Assembly: GCA_964437595.1 (NCBI GenBank)
Contig: CAYTHO010000008.1
Location: 27,427 to 91,426, forward strand
Direction of reading: 5' to 3'
Source: an uncultured Anaerolineaceae bacterium
Lineage (GTDB): Bacteria; Chloroflexota; Anaerolineae; Anaerolineales; Anaerolineaceae
DNA: 64,000 nucleotides
Below, piece by piece: positions 37,022 through 44,218 of this stretch. Numbering within the stretch: the stretch's first letter is position 1; every line of letters starts with the position of its first letter. Made by a program: the position numbers and the translations under genes. The notes beneath the pieces were generated by a model. That model was not told where the DNA came from. It saw nothing but the letters and a program-made list of their open reading frames with translations, and made no database searches.

Positions 37022-38725
37022 ATGGAGACGAATGAGACGATGGGGACAATAATTGAGAAGCCCTGGCTGAAAATGTATGATTCTGGCGTACCAGAGCGGA
37101 TCGATTATCCGCAGGTACCCGTATTTCACTTTTTTGATGCAGCAGCCCAAAAGTATCCGGGCCTGGCCTGCACGGTATTCCGCGATGACGTGGTGACCTA
37201 CGCCCAGATGAGCGGGCTGGTGAACCGGCTGGCGGCGGCGCTGGCTGCCCTGGGGGTCAAAAAGGGTGACCGGGTGGGTTTATTCCTGCCAAACCTGCCG
37301 CAGTTTGTGTTGGCCTTCTACGCGGTGCTCAAGGCGGGCGGCGTGGTGGTGGCGATGAACCCGCAGTACAAGCAGCGCGAGCTGGAATACCAGGCCGCCG
37401 ACGCGGGGGTAGAGGTGCTGATTGGGCTGAGCAGCGCGTATGAACTGTTCCAGGTGGTGCGCCCGCGAACCCGCCTGCGAACGGTCATCTTAACGAATGT
37501 CGAGGATGCGTTTGAAATGGCGGGCTGGGCCGAGGGGCGCGAACCGCAGGCACCCCCGGCTGCGCCCACCCTGGCGCATGGCGACGCCTGGCTTGGACCG
37601 CTCATTGCTCGCCAGCCGGTTGGAGCGCGGGTGGAGGCGCTGGTCGGCGCGGATGATGTGGCGGTATTCCAATACAGCGGGGGCACAACGGGCATCCCGA
37701 AGGGGGCCGTTGGCCTGCACCGCAACCTGGTTGCCAACTCGCTGCAGTTCCGGCGCTGGCTGGTGGGGCTGGAAGAAGGTCAGGAAACAGCGCTGCTGGC
37801 AATCCCGATGTATCACGTGTACGGGATGGTGGTGGGGATGAGCGTCAGCATCCTGCTGGGGGCGAAGATGGTGCTGATCCCCGATCCGCGCAACCTGCCC
37901 GACCTGCTGGCGAATATCGAGAAATATCAGGCCAGCTTCTTCCCGGGCGTGCCGACGATGTACGCGCTGATCAATCAGAATCCGGACGTGCAGGCTGGCA
38001 AGTACAACCTGCGCTCGGTGCGGGCGTGCATATCCGGCTCGGCGCCGCTGCTGAAGGAAGTCCGCGAGCAGTTTGAGGGGTTGAGCGGGGCAAAATTGAT
38101 GGAGGGTTACGGCCTTTCCGAAGCGCCGACTGCTACGCACTGCAACCCGATGTTTGGCGAGAAACGCAGCGGCTCGATCGGCCTGCCCCTGCCGGACGTG
38201 GACTGCCAGATCGTCAGCCTGGAAGATGGCGTGACTCCGCTGCCGCCGGGAGAGATTGGCGAGCTGGCGCTGCGCAGCCCGCAAGTGATGAAGGGCTATC
38301 ACAACCGGCCAGAGGAGACCGAGGAGGCGCTGCGCGGCGGATGGCTGCATACCGGCGACATCGCGCGCATGGATGCGGACGGCTATTTCTACATCGTCGA
38401 TCGCAAGAAAGAGCTGATCAAGGTCAGCGGGTATCAGGTGTGGCCGCGCGAGATCGAGGAGGTAATTGCCGGGCACCCGGGCGTGCTGGAAGTCAGCGTG
38501 GCAGGCATCCCTGACCCTATCCGTGGGGAGGCGCCCAAAGCATGGGTTGTGCTGCGGCAAGACGCTGAGGTGAGCGCGGAGGAGATCTGCGCTTTATGTG
38601 AGGAGGCGCTGGTGTATTATAAGGTTCCTGTTGAAGTAGTTTTTATCGACGCACTGCCGCGCACGATGGTGGGTAAGGTGCTGCGCCGGGAATTGGTACG
38701 GGAACATTTAGCTGGAAACAAATAA
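37022..38725 (+). CDS. long-chain fatty-acid--CoA ligase (AMP-forming adenylating enzyme)
   Basis: Has the AMP-binding motif YSGGTTGIPKGAV, plus GYGLSE, TGD, and a C-terminal PRTMVGKVLRREL. Start could be 37022 or 37040. Confidence 0.88.
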   Translation: METNETMGTIIEKPWLKMYDSGVPERIDYPQVPVFHFFDAAAQKYPGLACTVFRDDVVTYAQMSGLVNRLAAALAALGVKKGDRVGLFLPNLPQFVLAFYAVLKAGGVVVAMNPQYKQRELEYQAADAGVEVLIGLSSAYELFQVVRPRTRLRTVILTNVEDAFEMAGWAEGREPQAPPAAPTLAHGDAWLGPLIARQPVGARVEALVGADDVAVFQYSGGTTGIPKGAVGLHRNLVANSLQFRRWLVGLEEGQETALLAIPMYHVYGMVVGMSVSILLGAKMVLIPDPRNLPDLLANIEKYQASFFPGVPTMYALINQNPDVQAGKYNLRSVRACISGSAPLLKEVREQFEGLSGAKLMEGYGLSEAPTATHCNPMFGEKRSGSIGLPLPDVDCQIVSLEDGVTPLPPGEIGELALRSPQVMKGYHNRPEETEEALRGGWLHTGDIARMDADGYFYIVDRKKELIKVSGYQVWPREIEEVIAGHPGVLEVSVAGIPDPIRGEAPKAWVVLRQDAEVSAEEICALCEEALVYYKVPVEVVFIDALPRTMVGKVLRRELVREHLAGNK

Positions 38726-38868
38726 AACCAGGGATTGTCCAAAAATACGTTTGGACGACCCCTGGTCCAATAGATATCGTTTTTGCTATTGTGAAACGGC
38801 ATATGTACCGTTTCACAACAACGATAAAAGACCCTTCAGACAGCCCCTGCTTTATCTGAGAAGGCTGT

Positions 38869-39360
38869 TTATTTTTGAGTGGGGTATCCGGCCTCTTCCC
38901 AGGCGCGGAACCCGCCGAATATCGGTTCGACGCGCGCGAACCCCATCTCGATCAGGATCTCCGCCGCACGGGCAGAGGATTCTTCGGCAGGTCAGGTGCA
39001 GTAAGTGATAATCCAATCATCGGCGTTCAACTCGCCGGCGCGGCTGGCTAATTCTCCAACCGGGATGTTGATTGCGCCGGGGATATGCGAGACGGCATAG
39101 GATTCCCGGCTGCGCACATCGACGAAGACGGCCTGTTGACTATCCAGGGCGGCTTTAGCGTCATCCAGCGTTACCCGTTGTATTTCTGGAAAGGGCAGGT
39201 TGGGGTCGTTGGTTGGCGCGGCCTGGGTTGCGGCGGCTTGCGGCTGGCCCGGGTTAAGGATTAACCAGATAACCGCGCCACCCATCAGCAGCAGGCCAAT
39301 GATAATCAGGACCAACGGCCGGGTGGACGTTGATGAAGGGTTGTTTTTTCTTCGTTTCAT
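38869..39360 (-). CDS. membrane-anchored single-domain rhodanese with in-frame TGA (38992-38994) at the catalytic-Cys position: candidate selenoprotein, alternatively a nonsense pseudogene
   Basis: The track ORF ends at the TGA after ...WIITYCT. The same frame continues for 40 codons (PAEESSARAAEILIEMGFARVEPIFGGFRAWEEAGYPTQK) to the TAA at 38869-38871 and completes the rhodanese fold. The N-terminus is MKRRKNN plus a TM helix. Confidence 0.6.
38959..38977 (-). promoter_or_regulatory. candidate bacterial SECIS-like hairpin downstream of the in-frame UGA
   Basis: The mRNA reads CUCUGCC-CGUGC-GGCGGAG. This gives 7 bp (one G-U) with a 5-nt loop containing GU. The stem starts 15 nt after the UGA. 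Confidence 0.35.
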
Positions 39361-39381
39361 AGGATATATTCTATCCGAAAT

Positions 39382-40701
39382 CTACTTAATTGAAACTTCC
39401 TGTGCAGGGTTTGCCCGCGTTGCATGCCTCGGAATATCGAGAAGGAAGAGGAGGAAACCAGCCAGGCTGATTGCGCCGCTTAAAACCAGGGATAGGTTGA
39501 ACCCGATCTGTGCCGCCAGCCAGGGCGCCAGCAGCGGCGCAACAATAGATGATGAATATTGGAGCAGCATAGCTACCGCGACAAACTTGGCGCTGTACTC
39601 CACCGGTACGGTTTTCATCAATTCATCGAAGAGGACCAGGTTGAGCCCGGCGGTGAAAATACCGTTCAGCCCGGCGTAGATGATGACGGGCCAGACCTGA
39701 TGGGTCAGCCCGACCAGGATGGGAAACAGGGAACCGCCGAAAGTTGCAGCTACCAGAACCCATCGCGATCCGCGCCGGCGTGATTGGAGCGTCCAGAAGA
39801 AGTAACCGAGGATGACGGTGATATTGGCGGCGATACTGATCAGCGCGATCGAAGAATCGGCGGCGTTGAGCGTGCGAACATAATAAATTGGCAGCAAGGG
39901 CGCGGCCAGGGCGCCGCCGGTGAGAAAAACAAAGCGCTTGATGATATAGGCGACAAACGGCTTTTCACTGAGAACGTGGTGTAAATAGTCGCGGACCTCT
40001 TCCTTAACGGGCCGGCGCTGGTGAACCTGTTCGTATTGGGGATTGTCTGGCAGAACGATCTGGCTGGAATAATAATAGCTGATCAACCCACCGGCGGAAA
40101 GGCCGATGAAAACGACCTGGTAATTGAGGGGAAAAGGCAGCCAGTCGAGAATCTGCCCGGCCAGCAGCGCGGTTGTGGCATTGGTTAACCCCATGATCGA
40201 CCAGCGGTGGGTCATCAGCTCGTAGCGCCCGCCCGGGCCAGCGACGGAGTTCATCACCACCGAAAAGCAAATATTGACCACCGTTTGAGGAACCGTGACC
40301 AAGGCCCAAACACCCAGGATTCCAATCACAGAAGCAGTCTGGGGCAGGAAGATGGTAATGATGCCGGTCATTGCATAGCTAGACAGGACAATCAGCCGGG
40401 CGGCGCTGAACCAGGGCACAATGTTGCGCCGGGATTGAAGGAACTGCCCCAGGGGGAGCGACAGCAGCATGCCGGTGACGGCGGGCATAAAGGTGAGCAT
40501 GGTCACCGCAAAGGTGGAGCCGCCCAGGCGGGTGAGAAGAACCGGCAGGAACGGCGCGGCTGTGCTGGCCAGGGCCACGCCAACCGCATCGATCTGCACG
40601 TTGCGGAAGTTGATGGGGTTCATATCCGGCGCGGTCTGTGGAACGGTAAACCACCGGATAATTCGGGTGCGGAGTAATTTGAGGTTGGTTCGGACGCTCA
40701 T
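39382..40701 (-). CDS. MFS transporter
   Basis: About 12 TM helices in two halves. Its ATG (40701-40699) directly abuts the TAG (40704-40702) of the upstream WD40 gene. Confidence 0.8.
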   Translation of the reverse strand: MSVRTNLKLLRTRIIRWFTVPQTAPDMNPINFRNVQIDAVGVALASTAAPFLPVLLTRLGGSTFAVTMLTFMPAVTGMLLSLPLGQFLQSRRNIVPWFSAARLIVLSSYAMTGIITIFLPQTASVIGILGVWALVTVPQTVVNICFSVVMNSVAGPGGRYELMTHRWSIMGLTNATTALLAGQILDWLPFPLNYQVVFIGLSAGGLISYYYSSQIVLPDNPQYEQVHQRRPVKEEVRDYLHHVLSEKPFVAYIIKRFVFLTGGALAAPLLPIYYVRTLNAADSSIALISIAANITVILGYFFWTLQSRRRGSRWVLVAATFGGSLFPILVGLTHQVWPVIIYAGLNGIFTAGLNLVLFDELMKTVPVEYSAKFVAVAMLLQYSSSIVAPLLAPWLAAQIGFNLSLVLSGAISLAGFLLFLLDIPRHATRANPAQEVSIK

Positions 40702-42996
40702 CTATAACTCAATGTCAAATTCACCGACCTGGATGGTGGCAGTCTCCGCCAGCTCGATGTCAAATCGCTGGCGCCAGAGCGCCAGGTGGAGGGAAAAGTC
40801 CAGCCACTTCTTTTCGGACGCAGACAGGTGTATATCCTTGACCCGTTCTTGCAGCGCGGCGGCGGCAGGCTGGGCCGCCTTTCCGGATAAGCGGGTGGTC
40901 AGGAAGGTGCGCAGGTCCCAGGCGTTGATGCGCCCGCCGCTGTCGGCGCTGTACAGGAAGTCTCCCTGCGGCGACAGTACCAGCCCGGTGAGCGGCTGGC
41001 GGTGACCGGAAAGCTGGTCGATCACCTGCCCGGTGGAAAGGTTCCATACGGTAATCATACCCTTACTGTTGCCACCGGCCAGCACCTGGTCGTTTGGGTG
41101 CATGCACAGGGCGGTCAGCGGGCCGGCGGCATTTTCAAAGGCGCGCACCAGGCCGCCGCTGGAGAAGTTCCATAAGCGGATCAGGCCTTCGCGCCCCGAG
41201 CTGGCAACCAGTTCAGAGGTAGGGCTGGCGGCCAGGTGGGTGATGGTATCGGTATGGCCTTGCATCTCGCGCGCCGCGGCGCCATCTGGCAGGGTCCACA
41301 CGCGCACCTGGCAGTCGGCCCCGGCGCTGATCAGGTGGCTTCCAGATGCGCCCATAACCAGGCTGAAGATTTCCGCAGCGGAAGGGCGGAGCAGGTTCAA
41401 CCCCGGACCATGGGGGAAGCGCCAGAAACGGAGGGTGCCGTCGAACCCGGCGCTGTACAGGCTGCGCCCATCGGGATGAACTGCCAGTGCGCGGATCATG
41501 GCATGGTGGCCTTCAAAGGTCTTTACCAACTGCCCGCTGCTCAAGCGGAAAATGCGGATGCGGTTGTCGCCGGAGGCGCAGGCAAGCAGCTCGCCATCCG
41601 GGCTAAAAGCCAGCGCGCGGGTAACGGGGGCCGGGCCAATCAGCGAGGTGGGAAGCAGGTCGCCGTCGGGCAGGTTCCACTGCAGGATGTACTGGTCGCT
41701 GCGGCCAGCGGCAAGAACCCTGCCAGCGGGGTGCATGGCCAGGCAGGTGATGTCGGAAATGGGCGGGGCGTACAGCAGTTTCATCGGGTGGATGGACAGC
41801 GGGCTGGCCAGGCAGGCGCGCGAAAGCAGTACCAGACGGGAAAATTCCTCCCGCTCCTGCGCGTTTTCCGGCTGCCAGTTGTGCTTCTCCAGCCAATCCA
41901 GGATGGCGGCGCTCCAAACCGGCGGGGCCACCTGGGCTAACCGCCATAACTCAGCATGCTTTTCTTGTTCAGACAGGCGGCGGATAGTCAAATTCCAATC
42001 CGCATCGGTCAGGTCCTCAAGCCAGCGGACTTCCGCGGCGCTGCCAGTTTCACTCAGCCAGTCTAACTGGCCGGTGTGGCGGCTGTGTTCTAGCAGGCGG
42101 CGGCGCAGCGACCGCCCGGCAGCTTCGTAAGCGTTCACCAGCAGGTGATGATCGAAGTCGAGGGCGGCATACTGCGGCCAGGCTTCGGCCAGGAAGAAAA
42201 ACAACGCGCGCTGCTCGGCGTCTTGCGGCAAGTAACCGCGCGAAAGGATCAACCGGCGGGCATCCGGGTCTTCGTGCCGGATGAAGAGCAGGGCCAGCGC
42301 GTTGCGCGCCGCTTCCTGGGCCGGGGTTGGGGGCGCGTGCGAGGCGTCGGGGCCAGCCAGCCGTTCAAGCTGTTGGAGAACGACGGCGCGCTCGGCAGGG
42401 CGGAAATACGGGTAGCGCTCCACCAGGTCCAGCAGTCGTTCGGCGGTCTCGTCCTGAACGCTGGAAATGATCCGCGCCCAGTTATCCATCTGAACCGAAG
42501 CTGCCGTGGCTATCAACCGGCGTTGAAGCGCTGGAGACGCTTCTTCAAAATATGCCTGGGTCAGCACCGGAATGGATTCTTCGGGATACGACCGGCGCGC
42601 TTCCAGGTGGGTAAACCAGTCGAAGAGGGCGCGCAGCGCCGGAACGCCCGGCTGCCAGCCCTGGGTGATGATCTGCTGGCGAGCCGCCGGAAGATCGTCT
42701 TCGACTGAAAGGCGATAGATGGCATCTATCGCCTGGATGCGGCCTGCCTGGGCCATGCGGAGCAGCGCCTGAAACGCCTGCCCGCGCACGCCTGGCAGGG
42801 AATGTTTTGCAGCGGTTTGGTGAAGCAGGGTGATGGGTGATGCGGCTTCCTGAGCGGCATCCTCCGCCGACCATTCTTCCAAAGTGGCGATGACGCCCTT
42901 TAATAACAGCTCCTGCTGCACCTCGGCGGGAAGCGCCTCATGGATGCTGTTATTGAGGAGATCGGTAAACACGCGAAGCTCTTCGGAAGTGTACAC
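40702..42996 (-). CDS. HEAT-like helical repeat + WD40 beta-propeller protein with conserved FDIEL...GEFDIEL C-terminal tail (paralog of 46390-49143)
   Basis: The N-terminal roughly 400 aa are helical. The WD40 blades include ITCLAMHPAGRVLAAG..WNL, ALAFSPDGELLACASGDNRIRIF, HHAMIRALAVHPDGRSLYSAGFDGTLRFW, GHTDTITHLA..., LIRLWNF, GMITVWNL and GRINAWDL. GTG start 9 nt after the radical-SAM gene stop. Confidence 0.8.
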   Translation of the reverse strand: MYTSEELRVFTDLLNNSIHEALPAEVQQELLLKGVIATLEEWSAEDAAQEAASPITLLHQTAAKHSLPGVRGQAFQALLRMAQAGRIQAIDAIYRLSVEDDLPAARQQIITQGWQPGVPALRALFDWFTHLEARRSYPEESIPVLTQAYFEEASPALQRRLIATAASVQMDNWARIISSVQDETAERLLDLVERYPYFRPAERAVVLQQLERLAGPDASHAPPTPAQEAARNALALLFIRHEDPDARRLILSRGYLPQDAEQRALFFFLAEAWPQYAALDFDHHLLVNAYEAAGRSLRRRLLEHSRHTGQLDWLSETGSAAEVRWLEDLTDADWNLTIRRLSEQEKHAELWRLAQVAPPVWSAAILDWLEKHNWQPENAQEREEFSRLVLLSRACLASPLSIHPMKLLYAPPISDITCLAMHPAGRVLAAGRSDQYILQWNLPDGDLLPTSLIGPAPVTRALAFSPDGELLACASGDNRIRIFRLSSGQLVKTFEGHHAMIRALAVHPDGRSLYSAGFDGTLRFWRFPHGPGLNLLRPSAAEIFSLVMGASGSHLISAGADCQVRVWTLPDGAAAREMQGHTDTITHLAASPTSELVASSGREGLIRLWNFSSGGLVRAFENAAGPLTALCMHPNDQVLAGGNSKGMITVWNLSTGQVIDQLSGHRQPLTGLVLSPQGDFLYSADSGGRINAWDLRTFLTTRLSGKAAQPAAAALQERVKDIHLSASEKKWLDFSLHLALWRQRFDIELAETATIQVGEFDIEL

Positions 42997-43005
42997 AAGC
43001 GGACC

Positions 43006-43587
43006 TTACCAGGTCAGCGGGTCAATGCCGCTGAGGACGATATCGCCATCGGGTTTTACGATGATTTCGGCCTGAGGTACGGCTTCCAGGTCCGCGAGGG
43101 TGTAGCGGCCCGTCAAGAAATGCGCAACCTTGTTAGACGAGCCGATCAGTCCCTGGGCAAGGCGGCGCGAGGCATCATAGCGGCCAGCGATCAGCACATC
43201 CACGTGGGCCAGGAAGCGGTCTATCCCTTTCAGGTGATGAAGCTCATCCCAATCATACCCGCTAAAGACCAGGATGGAAAGGTTCGTCTGGTCACGCACC
43301 TGCTGGAGGAAGCGGGCCAGGGCGCGGTGCTGGTGGAGCGGCTCGCCGCCGCTGATGGTGAGGCCTTCGAGACTTTCCCCACCGGCGCTGTTTTTGATTT
43401 CAATGATGCGCTCCACCAGCTTTTCAACTGGCCAAATTTCTCCACCGCGTACGGCATGCGTCTCCGGGTTAAAACAGCCCGGGCAGCCGAGGGCGCAGCC
43501 CTGCACCCAAACTACGGTTCGCAAGCCGGGGCCGTTCACCCGGCTGGTCGGTTCCAAACGGTGCAGGCGGATATTTTTTTCTTGCAT
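43006..43587 (-). CDS. small radical-SAM protein of the NrdG/PflA glycyl-radical-activase type
   Basis: VNGPGLRTVVWVQGCALGCPGCFNPETH carries the CX3CX2C cluster in the NrdG-like context. It also has ISGGEP and VLIAGRYD. At 193 aa there is no SPASM or other extension. Confidence 0.75.
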   Translation of the reverse strand: MQEKNIRLHRLEPTSRVNGPGLRTVVWVQGCALGCPGCFNPETHAVRGGEIWPVEKLVERIIEIKNSAGGESLEGLTISGGEPLHQHRALARFLQQVRDQTNLSILVFSGYDWDELHHLKGIDRFLAHVDVLIAGRYDASRRLAQGLIGSSNKVAHFLTGRYTLADLEAVPQAEIIVKPDGDIVLSGIDPLTW

Positions 43588-43591
43588 GGGC

Positions 43592-43807
43592 TTACGAGGA
43601 TGCTTTCAGGTGCTGATCCTGGTCGACGTCCAGCGGGTTCTCTTGCTCTAAGGCTTCCGGAGACATGATGCGGGCGATAATCTCCCCTCCCAGGGCTTCC
43701 TCCAACTCCTTGGTAAGCTCAAGGCATTTTAATCCCTGCACGCCGCGCACCTGTATCTGCACCTGCCCATCTTTACCAATGACCACTTCTATTTCTTGGA
43801 GTTCCAT
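43592..43807 (-). CDS. DUF2997-like small protein
   Basis: 71 aa. EIEVVIGKDGQVQIQVRGVQGLKCLELTKELEEALGGEI matches my memory of the DUF2997 pattern (I..DG.V...V.G..G..C...T..LE..LG). Acidic tail. AAGGAAGGA RBS. Confidence 0.6.
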   Translation of the reverse strand: MELQEIEVVIGKDGQVQIQVRGVQGLKCLELTKELEEALGGEIIARIMSPEALEQENPLDVDQDQHLKASS

Positions 43808-43825
43808 CTTTTTCCTTCCTTCGGA

Positions 43826-44206
43826 CTAAGCCATGCGGCGCAGGACGATGCGGATCTGCCCGGTCTCTTCGACCTTTTCCTCCACCATGCTGAATCCCTG
43901 CTGTTCGAGCTTGGCGCGGGAGGCATGGTAAGCGTAGCGCTGCATCAGCCTTTGGGTGAAATCCTTCTGGTTGATGCCGCGCACGCCGAACCAGTCGGCA
44001 ATGATCTCGTAGGTCTCTCCGCGTTTGCGGAGGCCGATATCGTAGCTGAGGGGCAGCTTGATGCGGATATCAACCTGGCTTTTTTGCCCGCCGAAGCCCC
44101 GAACTTCCTGTTCCCCTTCTTCATAGCTAAAGCCCAGGTCTTTGATGGCCTTGAGGGCAAATTCTTTATCCATGATCTTTGTCTGGATCCGCGAAAAATG
44201 CGACAT
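43826..44206 (-). CDS. DUF1257 (Ycf35-like) protein
   Basis: MSHFSRIQTKI.D...L..A..DLGF...VRGFGGQ...DI......YDIG.......YE.IADWF......F...L.QRYAY.....L..QGF is the characteristic DUF1257 N-terminus and layout. ATG 44206 has a GGAGAG RBS. Confidence 0.7.
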   Translation of the reverse strand: MSHFSRIQTKIMDKEFALKAIKDLGFSYEEGEQEVRGFGGQKSQVDIRIKLPLSYDIGLRKRGETYEIIADWFGVRGINQKDFTQRLMQRYAYHASRAKLEQQGFSMVEEKVEETGQIRIVLRRMA

Positions 44207-44218
44207 ATTTCTCTCCAA

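Noticed and set aside
36110-37150. A 346-aa minus-strand ORF overlapping the MCP 3' end and the acyl-CoA ligase 5' end
   Set aside because: It overlaps two well-supported plus-strand genes and crosses their intergenic hairpin. It has no motif and no RBS.
38992-38994. Genome-wide reassignment of TGA (code 4/25) as the explanation for the in-frame TGA
   Set aside because: TGA clearly terminates other well-delimited genes in the window, at conserved protein ends. Examples are rnc at 3442-3444, ruvX at 18868-18870 and GH2 at 59265-59267.
38751-39008. An 85-aa plus-strand ORF overlapping the region downstream of the rhodanese TGA
   Set aside because: The opposite-strand frame encodes the conserved rhodanese C-terminus (GGFRAWEEAGYP), which explains the open frame. 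The plus-strand product has no features, and it starts at TTG inside a hairpin.
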